Origin: Planctomycetota bacterium
GTDB taxonomy: Bacteria > Planctomycetota > UBA1135 > UBA2386
Assembly (NCBI GenBank): GCA_046290465.1
Contig: JBKAGP010000001.1
Coordinates: 3,616,001-3,680,000, forward strand
Length of the DNA: 64,000 bases
Reading direction: 5' to 3'
Shown: positions 1-9,950 of the stretch, in pieces
Layout: each line of letters opens with the position of its first letter
Position numbering within the stretch: the first letter of the stretch is position 1
Position numbers and translations under genes: made by a program
Notes under the pieces: model-generated
Database searches by the model: none
Seen by the model: only the letters and a program-made list of their open reading frames with translations
Told to the model about the DNA's origin: nothing

Positions 1-591
1 CTTGGCGGCCTCGATCGCGCCGTTGCTGCGCTGCGGCACCGCTGCGCCGTAGGCACGGCCGGTGCGACGGAACGCGCGCGGCATCGGCCGGTTGAAGAAC
101 ACGATCTTGCCCTTGGCCGCGGCCCCTAGCTGCTGCAGCTGTTCGAACGAACGGACCTCGACGACCTCGGCCTCGACGCCACCGATCGGCGTTCCGACGC
201 TGCCGCCGAGCGCCGTCACGCGCAACGGCGTGGCGGTCGGCGCCGTCGTCGCGGCCGCCTCGACACCGCGGCGCCAGTTGGGCACCATCACGTTCTCGAG
301 GCGGACCTCGTCGAAGCCGATCTCGCGCATCGTCGTGGCCGCCCACTGCTCGGCGTCGAGCATGCCCTGCGAGCCGGCCAGCCGCTTCGGCGCCGCCTCG
401 ACCAGCGAACGCAGCGTTGCGATCGCGCGGTTGTCGTCGAGCGCCCGGGCCTCGAGGGCGAGCGCGCGCTCGCGCAGCGCCGGGTCCACTGCGGATCCAT
501 CCAAAAGCTTCGCCGACGGCGTAGCGCCGCAGCCACCGAGGATTGCGGCCGTGACCAGGAACGAGAGTGCGCGCGAAGGCCTGCAGTGCAT
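1..591 (-). CDS. M28-family (carboxypeptidase Q-like) PA-domain peptidase, lipoprotein; 3' part runs off the window start
   Basis: Not in ORF track. Manual translation from ATG at 591: MHCRPSRALSFLVTAAILGGC (lipobox) ... VTALGGSVGTPIGGVEAEVVEVRSFEQLQQLGAAAKGKIVFFNRPM...YGAAVPQRSNGAIEAAK, typical of the PA domain of CPQ-like M28 peptidases. Confidence 0.8.
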   Translation of the reverse strand, partial: MHCRPSRALSFLVTAAILGGCGATPSAKLLDGSAVDPALRERALALEARALDDNRAIATLRSLVEAAPKRLAGSQGMLDAEQWAATTMREIGFDEVRLENVMVPNWRRGVEAAATTAPTATPLRVTALGGSVGTPIGGVEAEVVEVRSFEQLQQLGAAAKGKIVFFNRPMPRAFRRTGRAYGAAVPQRSNGAIEAAK

Positions 592-626
592 CGCAGAATC
601 CTATGCGTCGCCTACACTCGCCGGCC

Positions 627-1952
627 ATGCGTGGCTCGCCAACGACCGCTCCGACCGACCATCCGCTGCTGGCATCGACGCTGGCCGCGACGCTGGCGTT
701 CGCCCAGATCGCCGCCTGCCAGCAGGATCGCCCGGCCCGATGCGAGCCGGACGCGCTGGTGTGCCTCGACGGTTCGCGGGTCGAGACCGCCGAGCAGTGG
801 CGCACCAGGCGGCGACCGGAATTGCTGGAGCTGTTCCGGCGCCAGATGTACGGACGCGCGCCCCGGCCGAGCGCGATCACGATCGAAGAACGTTCGCAGG
901 CGCCGGCGCTCGACGGCAAGGCGCTGCGCAAGCAGTGGCACGTCCGCTACGCCGAGGGGCCGACGGCCGTCGTGCGGGTGCTCGCCTACCTGCCGGCCGA
1001 ACGCGACGGCGCGGTGCCGGTGTTCCTGGCGCTCAACTTCGACGGCAACCAGACCGTGCACCCGGACCCCGACATCCGGCTCGCCTCGAGCTGGGTGCGC
1101 AACTCCGACGAGCACGACATCCACGATCATCGCGCCAACGAGTCGACCCGCGGCCGCGCGGCACGGCGCTGGCCGGTCGAGGCGATCCTGGCTCGCGGCT
1201 ACGGCCTGGTGACCGCCTACTACGGCGACCTCGACCCGGACTTCGACGACGGCTTCCACAACGGCGTGCACGGCGTGCTCGACCCGCAACGCGACGGCCC
1301 GCGACCGCCGGACGCGTGGGGCGCGATCAGCGCATGGGCCTGGGGGCTGTCGCGCATCGTCGACTCGCTCGAGCACGACGACGACATCGACGGCCGCCGC
1401 ATCGCCCTGCTCGGCCACTCCCGCCTCGGCAAGACGTCGCTGTGGGCCGGCGCGCAGGACGAGCGCTTCGCGCTGGTGATCGCCAACGAGTCCGGCTGCG
1501 GCGGCGCCGCCTACGCGCGTCGCAAGCAGGGCGAGACGGTGGCGGCGATCACCCGGAACTTCCCGCACTGGTTCTGCCGCGCGTTCCGCAGCTACGCCGA
1601 CAAGGAGGAGCAGATGCCGTTCGACCAGCACCTGCTGGTCGCGCTGTGCGCGCCCCGTCCGGTCTACGTCGCGAGCGCCGAACAGGACCGCTGGGCCGAC
1701 CCCGCCGGCGAGTTCGCGTCCGCCGCCGGTGCCGACGGCGTCTACCGGCTGCTGTGCGGCGACGGCCTGCCGACCACCGAGATGCCGGCCGTGGACACGT
1801 CGATCCAGGGCCGCATCGGCTACCACGTGCGCAGCGGCAAGCACGACCTGCTCGAGGTCGACTGGCAGCACTTCCTCGACTTCGCCGACCGGCACTTCGC
1901 CGGCGATGCGACCGGGGCCGGCAAGGCGGAGCGGCCGGAGAACGGCAAGTAG
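627..1952 (+). CDS. CE15 glucuronoyl esterase-like / acetylxylan esterase, secreted
   Basis: GHSRLGK nucleophile motif, AWAWGLSR, ESGCGGA, PFDQH, WADP. Start uncertain (567-627). Confidence 0.85.
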   Translation: MRGSPTTAPTDHPLLASTLAATLAFAQIAACQQDRPARCEPDALVCLDGSRVETAEQWRTRRRPELLELFRRQMYGRAPRPSAITIEERSQAPALDGKALRKQWHVRYAEGPTAVVRVLAYLPAERDGAVPVFLALNFDGNQTVHPDPDIRLASSWVRNSDEHDIHDHRANESTRGRAARRWPVEAILARGYGLVTAYYGDLDPDFDDGFHNGVHGVLDPQRDGPRPPDAWGAISAWAWGLSRIVDSLEHDDDIDGRRIALLGHSRLGKTSLWAGAQDERFALVIANESGCGGAAYARRKQGETVAAITRNFPHWFCRAFRSYADKEEQMPFDQHLLVALCAPRPVYVASAEQDRWADPAGEFASAAGADGVYRLLCGDGLPTTEMPAVDTSIQGRIGYHVRSGKHDLLEVDWQHFLDFADRHFAGDATGAGKAERPENGK

Positions 1953-2091
1953 CGATCCGGGCATTCCTCCTGCTCAGAAGGACGCAGCCGCAAGGCCAGG
2001 CGCCGTAAAGACCCGGTCGCTCTCCGCGCAACGCGGCAAATCACCAATTCCGCGTGACAGGGACCGCCGCGGCACGCCCACCCCCCGCGTC

Positions 2092-3066
2092 ATGGAGAGA
2101 ACCGCCCCCGGTCGAGCCCTGCTCGGTCTCGTCGCTGCCGCAACCCTGCTGCCCCATCCGCTCGCTGCCCAGCGCGGTGGCGATGCACCGGGCGTGCAGC
2201 ACGTCGTCGTGGCGACCGATGCCGACGACGAGCAGGTCGATGCCGCGCTGGAGCAGATCAAGAAGACGATCCTGCCGATCAGCTGGGAGCCGAAGTGCGA
2301 CGACGACGAACGGCGCCGCGACAAGTACCTCAAGAAGTGGCAGGCCGTCGTCAGCGGCCACTACATCGTGTTCACCAACGGGCCGAAGGCGTCGTGCAAG
2401 AAGTACGCGGTCACCCTCGAGAAGCTCTACAAGGTGATCCAGAAGGAGCTGCCGTTCGAAGACCCGGACCACCTGCTGGTCGCCTACATCTTCAAGGATC
2501 CGGAGGACTACTACCGGTTCACGGTCGAGGTCACCGGTTGGCCCGAAGCGTCCGCGCGCGCGACCGCCGGCCACGCGCTGCCCAGCTACTACGCGACCTA
2601 CTACGAGTCCCCGCGGGCGCCGACGGTCTACCACGAAGCCGCGCACGAGATCGTCGGCGCGTGCCTGAAGGTCAACGGCGTCGGCTCGTGGTTCCAGGAG
2701 GGCCTGGCCGTCTACTTCGAGAAGCAGATGACCAACCAGGGCCTCGGCAAGTGCCGCAGCGACGTCAAGCGCGGCGACTACTACCCGCTGAAGGAGTTCT
2801 TCGCGATCCGCACGCTGCTGGCCGACCGGAACGGCAACGGCCATCGCAACTACGACCACGCGGGCGACCTGCTCGACTTCCTGATCAACACCGACGAGGA
2901 GCCGGTGGCGGGCAGGTTCGGCGACTTCCTGAAGGCCGCGTGCACCCAGGGCCACGGCCTGGCACGAGGCCCGGCCGTCAGCGCGCGCCTGGTGCAGCGC
3001 GTCTACGGCCTGTCGGTCGAGCAGCTCGAGGAAGTCTGGATGAAGCACCTGCGCATCAAGCGCTGA
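2092..3066 (+). CDS. DUF1570-like secreted zinc metallopeptidase
   Basis: Signal peptide, HEAAH (HExxH) followed by WFQEGLAVYF. Confidence 0.7.
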   Translation: MERTAPGRALLGLVAAATLLPHPLAAQRGGDAPGVQHVVVATDADDEQVDAALEQIKKTILPISWEPKCDDDERRRDKYLKKWQAVVSGHYIVFTNGPKASCKKYAVTLEKLYKVIQKELPFEDPDHLLVAYIFKDPEDYYRFTVEVTGWPEASARATAGHALPSYYATYYESPRAPTVYHEAAHEIVGACLKVNGVGSWFQEGLAVYFEKQMTNQGLGKCRSDVKRGDYYPLKEFFAIRTLLADRNGNGHRNYDHAGDLLDFLINTDEEPVAGRFGDFLKAACTQGHGLARGPAVSARLVQRVYGLSVEQLEEVWMKHLRIKR

Positions 3067-3134
3067 GTGCGCGGCGCGCCGGCAGGCCCATGGCTGGCAC
3101 TACCGCACGCGCTGGCTAGACTGCCCGCGCATCC

Positions 3135-4565
3135 ATGGCCCCGACCGTTCGCACCGCCGTGCAGGCCCTGCTGGTCCTGCTGCCGATCGCCGTCCTCGCG
3201 GCACTGATCGCGTGCTACGGCGTCGACGTGCCGCTGAACGACCAGTGGGCGCTGGTCGGGCGGGTCGAGCGAGCGTGCACCGAAGGGCTGACGTGGAACG
3301 ACGTGGTCACGCCCCACCACGAGCACTGGATGCCGGTGCCGATGGCGCTGATGCTCGCGCTCGCGTCCTGGACGGACTGGAACTGCAGGGCCGAACTGCT
3401 GGTCAACGGCGTGCTCGGCCTGTGCGCCTTCGCGCCGATCGCGTGGCGCGTGGTCGCGGCACAGCGCGAACGTGGCGAGGGCACGCTGCTGGCCCTGCCG
3501 ACGGCGGCGCTGATCACGACCGCGATCACCCAGCATCAGAACTGGCTCTGGGGCCTGCAGGTCTCGTCGCTGCTGTGCGTCGCGAGTGCGCTCGCGGGTC
3601 TGCACCTGATCAGCACGGAGCGACCGTCGCCGCTGCGCCTGGTCGCGGCGATCCTGGCGGCCGTCGTCGCCAGCGGCTCGCAGTTCCAGGGCAACCTCGT
3701 CTGGCCTGCCGGCCTGCTCGCGATCCTGATGGCGCACGGCGGCGTGCGCGGTGCGCTGCGCACGCTGCTGGTCTGGTCGGGATGCATGCTCGCCGTCGCG
3801 GCCAACGCCTACCGACTGCTGCAGACGGACTCCGACACCGGCGCGTTCGTGGAGGCTCCGTGGGACGCCGCGCGCTACGTGCTCGTCTACCTCGGCGCGC
3901 CGTTGGCCGGCCCGTCGGAAACGTGGTCTTTGCTGTGCGGAGCCGTCGGCTGCGTCGCGGCGATCGCGCTGTTGCCGCGCACCCGCGCACCGCGCACCCG
4001 CCCGTTCGTGCTCGCGCTGCTGGCGTTCTCGATCGGCGCCGCGGCGGTCACGGCGATCGGTCGCCTGGGCACCTCGACCGAGCAGGCGCGCGCCTCGCGC
4101 TACCTCTCCTATGCGACGCCGATGTGGATCGCGGTGACGATCCTGCTGGCGTCGGCCCGGCTGCCGGCCCGGATCCGGACGGCGTTGCTGGCGCTGATCT
4201 ACCTCGCCATCGCCACCTGCTGCGTGCTCTCGCTCGAGGTCATCGGCAGGCAGAGCCGCGCGCGGCAGGCTGCACGCGACCACTTCCTGGCGCAGCGAGA
4301 CGCGATCCCGGACGACCTCGCCGCGTTCGCGCCGGCGTTCGCCGACCCCGAACTGCTCGTGCTCCTGCAGCAGGTCGGCGGCGAGCCCTCCCGCCTCTAC
4401 ACCGAACGCCCCGACGAGATCCAGCGGTTGCTCGAACGGCACGGTCTCGCCTTCGTCGACGCCCGGCACCTCGGCACGATGCACAAGGACCACCAGCTCG
4501 TGCGCGCTGGACTGGTCACGCTGAAGCGACGCGGGCTGTCGGTGTTCCGCGGCGATCCGCCGTAG
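3135..4565 (+). CDS. Polytopic membrane protein, possibly a GT-C-like glycosyltransferase
   Basis: About 10 hydrophobic segments; DVPLNDQW and HHEH loop after TM1; SRY motif. Function is a guess. Confidence 0.55.
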   Translation: MAPTVRTAVQALLVLLPIAVLAALIACYGVDVPLNDQWALVGRVERACTEGLTWNDVVTPHHEHWMPVPMALMLALASWTDWNCRAELLVNGVLGLCAFAPIAWRVVAAQRERGEGTLLALPTAALITTAITQHQNWLWGLQVSSLLCVASALAGLHLISTERPSPLRLVAAILAAVVASGSQFQGNLVWPAGLLAILMAHGGVRGALRTLLVWSGCMLAVAANAYRLLQTDSDTGAFVEAPWDAARYVLVYLGAPLAGPSETWSLLCGAVGCVAAIALLPRTRAPRTRPFVLALLAFSIGAAAVTAIGRLGTSTEQARASRYLSYATPMWIAVTILLASARLPARIRTALLALIYLAIATCCVLSLEVIGRQSRARQAARDHFLAQRDAIPDDLAAFAPAFADPELLVLLQQVGGEPSRLYTERPDEIQRLLERHGLAFVDARHLGTMHKDHQLVRAGLVTLKRRGLSVFRGDPP

Positions 4566-4721
4566 CGCGCAGCCCGGCCCCGGGACCGGACCGCCCGCAG
4601 GCGTCAGAAAATGGTCTCCGAGCCGCCGAACCGGCCCGGACGCGACGCGACGCTGGCCATCGACGACCTCCTACGTAGATTGCCGCGCCCCCATGAACCG
4701 CAACGCCCCCCACTCCGGCTC

Positions 4722-6881
4722 GTGATCCGCACCTCTCTCACCATCACGTGCCTCGCCGTCGGCAGCGCACTCGCCCAGTCACAGAACCCCAACACCGACC
4801 CGCAGGATCCGCCGGGCCAGCAGCCGAAGCCCGCGCAGGCCGCCGAGCTGCCCGAACAGGTGTTCGTCTCCGCCGAGAAGTGGAACGGCCCGGCAGCCCA
4901 GGACGTGCCGCGCAGCTTCACGCCGATCTCCGAGCGCCTGCGCAAGGACGCCGGCATCACGTCGATCGAGGAGGCCGCGCGGTTCGTGCCCAACGCGCTG
5001 GTCACCGGCTTCACCGCGCGGCGGCTGAGCTTTCCGTACGTGCGCGGCGTCGGTTCGGGCCAGGGTGACCCAGCGGTCGCGACGTTCGTCGACGACGTGC
5101 CTCAGCTGAGCATCAGCAGCACCAACCTGTCGCTGGTCGGCCTCGACCGCATCGAGATCCTGCGCGGCCCGTCGGGCGCCTTGTGGGGTCGCAACACGAT
5201 CGGCGGCGCGATCAACCTGATCACCAAGGAGCCCGAGTTCCAGAACGGCGCCGAGCTGTTCGCGTCGGTCGGCAACTTCAACTCACAGCGCTACGAGGTG
5301 CGGGCCACCGGCCCGATCACCGAGGACTCGCTCGCCGCCAGCGTGTCGGCGTCGTACGAGCGGCGCGACGGCTTCACCGACAACACCTTCACCGGCAACG
5401 ACGTCGACTTCCGCGAGAGCACGTTCGCCCGCGGTCAGGTGCTGTGGGCGCCCGACGACGACAACACGGTGCGCTTCGTGCTCTACGGCGAAGGCACGCG
5501 CGACGGCGGCTTCGTGCTGTCCGACGTCGGCGGCCTGCGCAGCAACCCTTACCGCATCAACCAGGACTTCGAGGGCAGCACCGACCGCGACATCCTGGCT
5601 GCGTCGGTGATCTGGGAGCACACCGGCGACGGCTTCGACTTCACGTCGATCACGTCGGCCCAGACCTGGGAGATCGACGAGACGTCGGACTTCGACTTCT
5701 CGCAGATCGACGGCGTGCGCCGCTACACCAGCGAGGAGGAGGACTACGCCTACCAGGAGTTCCGCCTGCAGTCGAACGGCGACTACGACCCGAGCGACCG
5801 CGACGCGACCGGCATGCGCTGGCTCGCGGGGGTCAGCGGCTTCTACAGCGACGAGCAACGCTCGGCCGCCAACGAGTTCCGCCCCGGCGGCGCCGGCATC
5901 ATCTTCGCGCCGAGCATGGTCGGCACCGACCGCAGCGTCGGCGACTTCCAGAGCTACGCGCTGAGCGCGTTCGGCCAGGTGTCGATGCTGCTCGGCAGCG
6001 GCCTCGAGGTGTCCGGCGCGGTGCGCTACGACTACGAGGACAAGAAGGCGGGCATCAACCGCACGTTCAGCGTCAGCGGCTTCGCGTCGCCGCTGGCGAC
6101 GACCAGCCAGAGCCGTTCGTTCGACCGCGTGCTGCCGCGCGCCAGCATCACCTGGCGCGCCAACGACGACGTCACGTCGTACTTCACGATCGCGCGCGGC
6201 TTCAAGGCGGGCGGCTTCAACCTGACCGCGCCGTCGGGGCAGGAGTCGTTCGGCGTCGAGAGCAGCTGGACCTACGAACTCGGCGTCAAGTCGCGCTGGC
6301 TCGACGATCGGGTGCAGGCCAACGCAGCGGTGTTCTTCGTCGACTGGGACGACATGCAGCTGAGCCAGTTCGATCCGATGGCCGGCGGCTTCGTCAGCAA
6401 CGCCGGCGAGTCGACCAGCCAGGGCATCGAGCTCGAACTGGTCGGCGAGGCCACCGACGAGCTGACCGTGTTCGGCACCGCCGGCTACCTCGACACCGAG
6501 TTCGACCGCTTCACCGACCAGTTCGGCCAGGACGTGTCCGGTCGCAGCCTGCCGTTCGCGCCCGAGTGGACGTTCGGCGCGGGCGCGCAGTATCGCCAGC
6601 GCATCGACGACGACCTCGCCGCGTTCGCGCGCATCGACTACTTCCACGTCGGCGAGTTCTACTACGACGCCGGCAACCTCGGCCGCGAGCGCTACAACCT
6701 GACCAACCTGCGCATCGGCGTCGACTACGAGAACTGGCGCGTCGACCTGTTCATGCACAACGCCTTCGACGAGGAATACGTGTCGCTCGCGTTCCAGGCC
6801 AACCCGGCCGACCCGACCCAGTTCGTCGGCCAGAACGGCGCGCCGCGGACCTATGGCCTGTCGGTGCGCGTGACGTTCTAG
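4722..6881 (+). CDS. TonB-dependent outer-membrane receptor
   Basis: Plug motif IEILRGPSGALWGRNTIGGAINLIT, RGFKAGGFN, C-terminal PRTYGLSVRVTF. GTG start inferred from the signal peptide. Confidence 0.92.
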   Translation: MIRTSLTITCLAVGSALAQSQNPNTDPQDPPGQQPKPAQAAELPEQVFVSAEKWNGPAAQDVPRSFTPISERLRKDAGITSIEEAARFVPNALVTGFTARRLSFPYVRGVGSGQGDPAVATFVDDVPQLSISSTNLSLVGLDRIEILRGPSGALWGRNTIGGAINLITKEPEFQNGAELFASVGNFNSQRYEVRATGPITEDSLAASVSASYERRDGFTDNTFTGNDVDFRESTFARGQVLWAPDDDNTVRFVLYGEGTRDGGFVLSDVGGLRSNPYRINQDFEGSTDRDILAASVIWEHTGDGFDFTSITSAQTWEIDETSDFDFSQIDGVRRYTSEEEDYAYQEFRLQSNGDYDPSDRDATGMRWLAGVSGFYSDEQRSAANEFRPGGAGIIFAPSMVGTDRSVGDFQSYALSAFGQVSMLLGSGLEVSGAVRYDYEDKKAGINRTFSVSGFASPLATTSQSRSFDRVLPRASITWRANDDVTSYFTIARGFKAGGFNLTAPSGQESFGVESSWTYELGVKSRWLDDRVQANAAVFFVDWDDMQLSQFDPMAGGFVSNAGESTSQGIELELVGEATDELTVFGTAGYLDTEFDRFTDQFGQDVSGRSLPFAPEWTFGAGAQYRQRIDDDLAAFARIDYFHVGEFYYDAGNLGRERYNLTNLRIGVDYENWRVDLFMHNAFDEEYVSLAFQANPADPTQFVGQNGAPRTYGLSVRVTF

Positions 6882-7066
6882 CGCGAACTCGGGAACCGAT
6901 CGTGGCGGTGCCGCGGTCGCCGCGATCGGCAGCTGCAGCGCAGCCAGCCAACGCTGCGCTCGGACGCGAGGCGAGCCCGGGCCGGCACGCCCGACAGCCT
7001 GCTTGCCGATGCCGCTTCGCACGGATTTCGCGAGACGGCCGCCGGGCGCCCTCGATTGCTCCCGGC

Positions 7067-9928
7067 ATGCGACACCTCATGCTCGGCTGGATCCTGTCCG
7101 GCCTGTTCGTTGCGAGCCTCGACGCCCAGTCCCAGCTCGACACCTTCGCCGCCCCACTCGGCACCCAGTCGGCCGGCGGCGGCGCCGAAATGGCGCTGCT
7201 CGACGACCTCGACGGCGACGGCCTACGTGATCCGGTGATCGCGATGGGGCAGGCCGGCACCGGCTACCTCGACGTCCGGTCGAGCGACACCGGCGCAACG
7301 CTGCTGCTCATCGGCCCCGGAACCCAGGACTCGTCGCGGATCTCGATATCGGCGATCGACGACCTCGACGGCGACGGCTACCGCGACGTCGTCGCCGGAT
7401 TCCCCGGCCACAGCACCGGAGCCGTCGAGCGCGGCATCGTCCGGGTCTACTCCGGACGAACCGGCAAGCTGCTCCGCTCGCACGTCGGCGCCGCGGCGCA
7501 CGACGAGTTTGGCTACGAAGTCTGCGCGATCGGCGATGCCAACTCCGACGGCGTCGCCGACTACGCGGTGGGAGCCCCCGGCGTGACCAGCACGCTGGTG
7601 CCGTTCGCCGGGCCCGACGCCGGCGCGGTCACCGTGTTCTCCGGCACCGACGGCAGCCAGATCGACTACCGCGAGACCGTCAACAGCAGCCGCATGGGCA
7701 TCGCATTGGCGCTGCTCGGCGACCTCGACGGCGACGGCCGACCAACGCTGGCGATCGGAGCGCCCGGCCTCGACCGGGTGTTCGTCTACGAGGTGCTCGG
7801 CAACCAGCCCACGACGATGCTGACCAGCACGCCGGGCACGGAGTTCGGCGCCGCGCTCGCCAGCGTCGGCGACGTCGACGGCGACGGCCGCCGCGACCTG
7901 GCCATCGGCCAGCCGAGCTTCCAACTGCCGTCGAATGGCACGCCGGGCGGCCGCGTCGCGGTGCACGGCTCGGTCTCGGGCAACGTGCTGCTGTCCGACA
8001 CTGGCTGGTCGGGGTACTGCCTCGGCTGGGACGTCGCCGACCCGGGTGACGTCGACGGCGACGGCGTCGGCGACGTGCTCGTTTCGAGCGCCGGCAACTG
8101 GCTCGGCGGCGCGTCGGCGCCATACGGCCTGATGCGGATCCTGTCGGGCGCGAACGGCAACGTGCTCGAGGAACTCACTCCCGGTGGCGCCTGGTGGGGC
8201 TTCGCGCTGGCCGAGGATGCCGACCAGGACGGCCACGACGACCTGTGGATGACGTATCGCTGGGATGGCCTGTTCTACCGCGACCCGGTTCCGGGGGATG
8301 GCCAATGGCCCGCCCCGCTGAGCATCGCCGCGGGCGGCCAACGCTATGGCGAAGCCGTCGCGATGCTCGACGACCTCGACGGCGACGGCCGCCCGGAGAT
8401 CGCCGTCGGCGGCCCGCACGCGACCCCCGGGGACCTCGCCGATCAGGGCTCCGTGCGCGTCTATTCCGGGACCAACGTGCTCTATGCGCTCGACGGCGCG
8501 TTCGGCGAACAGATGGGCACCGCGGTGGTCGCGCTCGGCGACCTCGACGACGACGGCGTCGGGGAGTTCGCGATCGGACGACCGCGCGCGAGGTTCGGCA
8601 ATACGGTGGTCGGCGCGGCTTCGATCTACTCTGGCGCCACCGGGCAGCCGCTGCGCCACCACTTCGGTGTGACGTGGGGCGATCGCTTCGGCGCCGCCAT
8701 CGCCCGCGTGCCGGACACCGACGGCGACGGGGTCGACGACTATGCCATCGGCGCCCCCGCCGTCACGGTCGCAGCCGGCCCGGTCAACGCCGGCCGTGTG
8801 AGCGTCTACTCGGGCGCGACCGGGGCCCACCGCTACAGCATCGACGGGACGATGCGGAACGGCACGTTCGGCGCGGCGCTGGCGGGCAGCGACGATCTCG
8901 ACGGCGACGGCCGTGGCGAACTGTTGATCGGTGCTCCGGGCGAGACGGCGTCGCTGCTGCTCGTCGGCGCAGGCCGCGTGCACCTGCGTTCTGGGGCGAG
9001 CGGGCCGTCGCTCGGCATCGTCGGCGGTGGCCAGCCGTCGATGCGATTCGGCGCCGCGGTCGCCAGCATCGGCGACATCGACGGCGACGGCGCTGCCGAG
9101 TGGCTCGCCGGTGCTCCGCGGTTCCGCGCGGTCGCGCGCGGCGACGGTCGCGCCCAGCTGCACGACGGTGCCAGCGGTGCGACGATCTGGTCCGGCGACG
9201 GCGCGTTCCAATCGCGACTCGGCAGCTCGGTCGCGGCATGCGGAGACATCGACAACGACGGGATCGTCGACTTCGCCGTCGGCGAACCGCGCGGCATCGA
9301 CCCGTTCGCCGGCAACGTGCCCGGCCGCGTGCGTCTCTACTCGGGCGCGACGACGTCGTGGTACCAGACGCTGCAGGGCAGCGAGGACGGCGCCCGCTTC
9401 GGGCGCGCCGTCGCCAGCGGATGCGACCTCGACGGGGACCGGATGGCGGACTTCGTCATCGGCTCGCCGGACACCGAGGTCTCGACGCCCGGCTGGGATC
9501 CCGCCACCGGCGCGACCTCCACCTGGACCGCGCGCGAACTCGGCAGCGAAGCGTTCGGCAGCGGCACCGGTGGCTGCGCGGGTGATCACGTGCTGACGCT
9601 GCTGAGCACGGTCAAGCCCGGCCAGCCGATGAAGCTGCGCTACTCGGGCATGTCGGCGACGACGTTCCCGATCCTGGGCGTCGGCACGCCGCTGCCGTCC
9701 CCGGGTCTGCCGGTGCTCGGGTTCCTGGCCCACGTGCAGTCCCAGTTCACGCTCGGTCTGCCGCTGCCGATCGGCACGCACGGCGCCCACGCCGAGCCGA
9801 TCCCGAACGATCCCAACCTGGTCGGCGCGCAGCTGCACATGCAGGTCTTCGCGCTGTGGCTCGCCGGCTGCGCCCAGCTGCCGTTCGACCTGTCGAGTTC
9901 GAACGGCCTGACCGTGACGGTGCTGTGA
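7067..9928 (+). CDS. FG-GAP (integrin-alpha-like) repeat secreted protein with a C-terminal beta domain
   Basis: Many DxDGDG..D.aiGAP repeats and FG motifs; signal peptide MRHLMLGWIL. Confidence 0.9.
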   Translation: MRHLMLGWILSGLFVASLDAQSQLDTFAAPLGTQSAGGGAEMALLDDLDGDGLRDPVIAMGQAGTGYLDVRSSDTGATLLLIGPGTQDSSRISISAIDDLDGDGYRDVVAGFPGHSTGAVERGIVRVYSGRTGKLLRSHVGAAAHDEFGYEVCAIGDANSDGVADYAVGAPGVTSTLVPFAGPDAGAVTVFSGTDGSQIDYRETVNSSRMGIALALLGDLDGDGRPTLAIGAPGLDRVFVYEVLGNQPTTMLTSTPGTEFGAALASVGDVDGDGRRDLAIGQPSFQLPSNGTPGGRVAVHGSVSGNVLLSDTGWSGYCLGWDVADPGDVDGDGVGDVLVSSAGNWLGGASAPYGLMRILSGANGNVLEELTPGGAWWGFALAEDADQDGHDDLWMTYRWDGLFYRDPVPGDGQWPAPLSIAAGGQRYGEAVAMLDDLDGDGRPEIAVGGPHATPGDLADQGSVRVYSGTNVLYALDGAFGEQMGTAVVALGDLDDDGVGEFAIGRPRARFGNTVVGAASIYSGATGQPLRHHFGVTWGDRFGAAIARVPDTDGDGVDDYAIGAPAVTVAAGPVNAGRVSVYSGATGAHRYSIDGTMRNGTFGAALAGSDDLDGDGRGELLIGAPGETASLLLVGAGRVHLRSGASGPSLGIVGGGQPSMRFGAAVASIGDIDGDGAAEWLAGAPRFRAVARGDGRAQLHDGASGATIWSGDGAFQSRLGSSVAACGDIDNDGIVDFAVGEPRGIDPFAGNVPGRVRLYSGATTSWYQTLQGSEDGARFGRAVASGCDLDGDRMADFVIGSPDTEVSTPGWDPATGATSTWTARELGSEAFGSGTGGCAGDHVLTLLSTVKPGQPMKLRYSGMSATTFPILGVGTPLPSPGLPVLGFLAHVQSQFTLGLPLPIGTHGAHAEPIPNDPNLVGAQLHMQVFALWLAGCAQLPFDLSSSNGLTVTVL

Positions 9929-9950
9929 CCAACGCCCCTGGTCTTCAGAG

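Noticed and set aside
5183..7066. N-terminal 628 codons of the 1581-aa ORF
   Set aside because: Off-frame shadow of the TonB receptor gene. The real FG-GAP protein starts at 7067 with a signal peptide.
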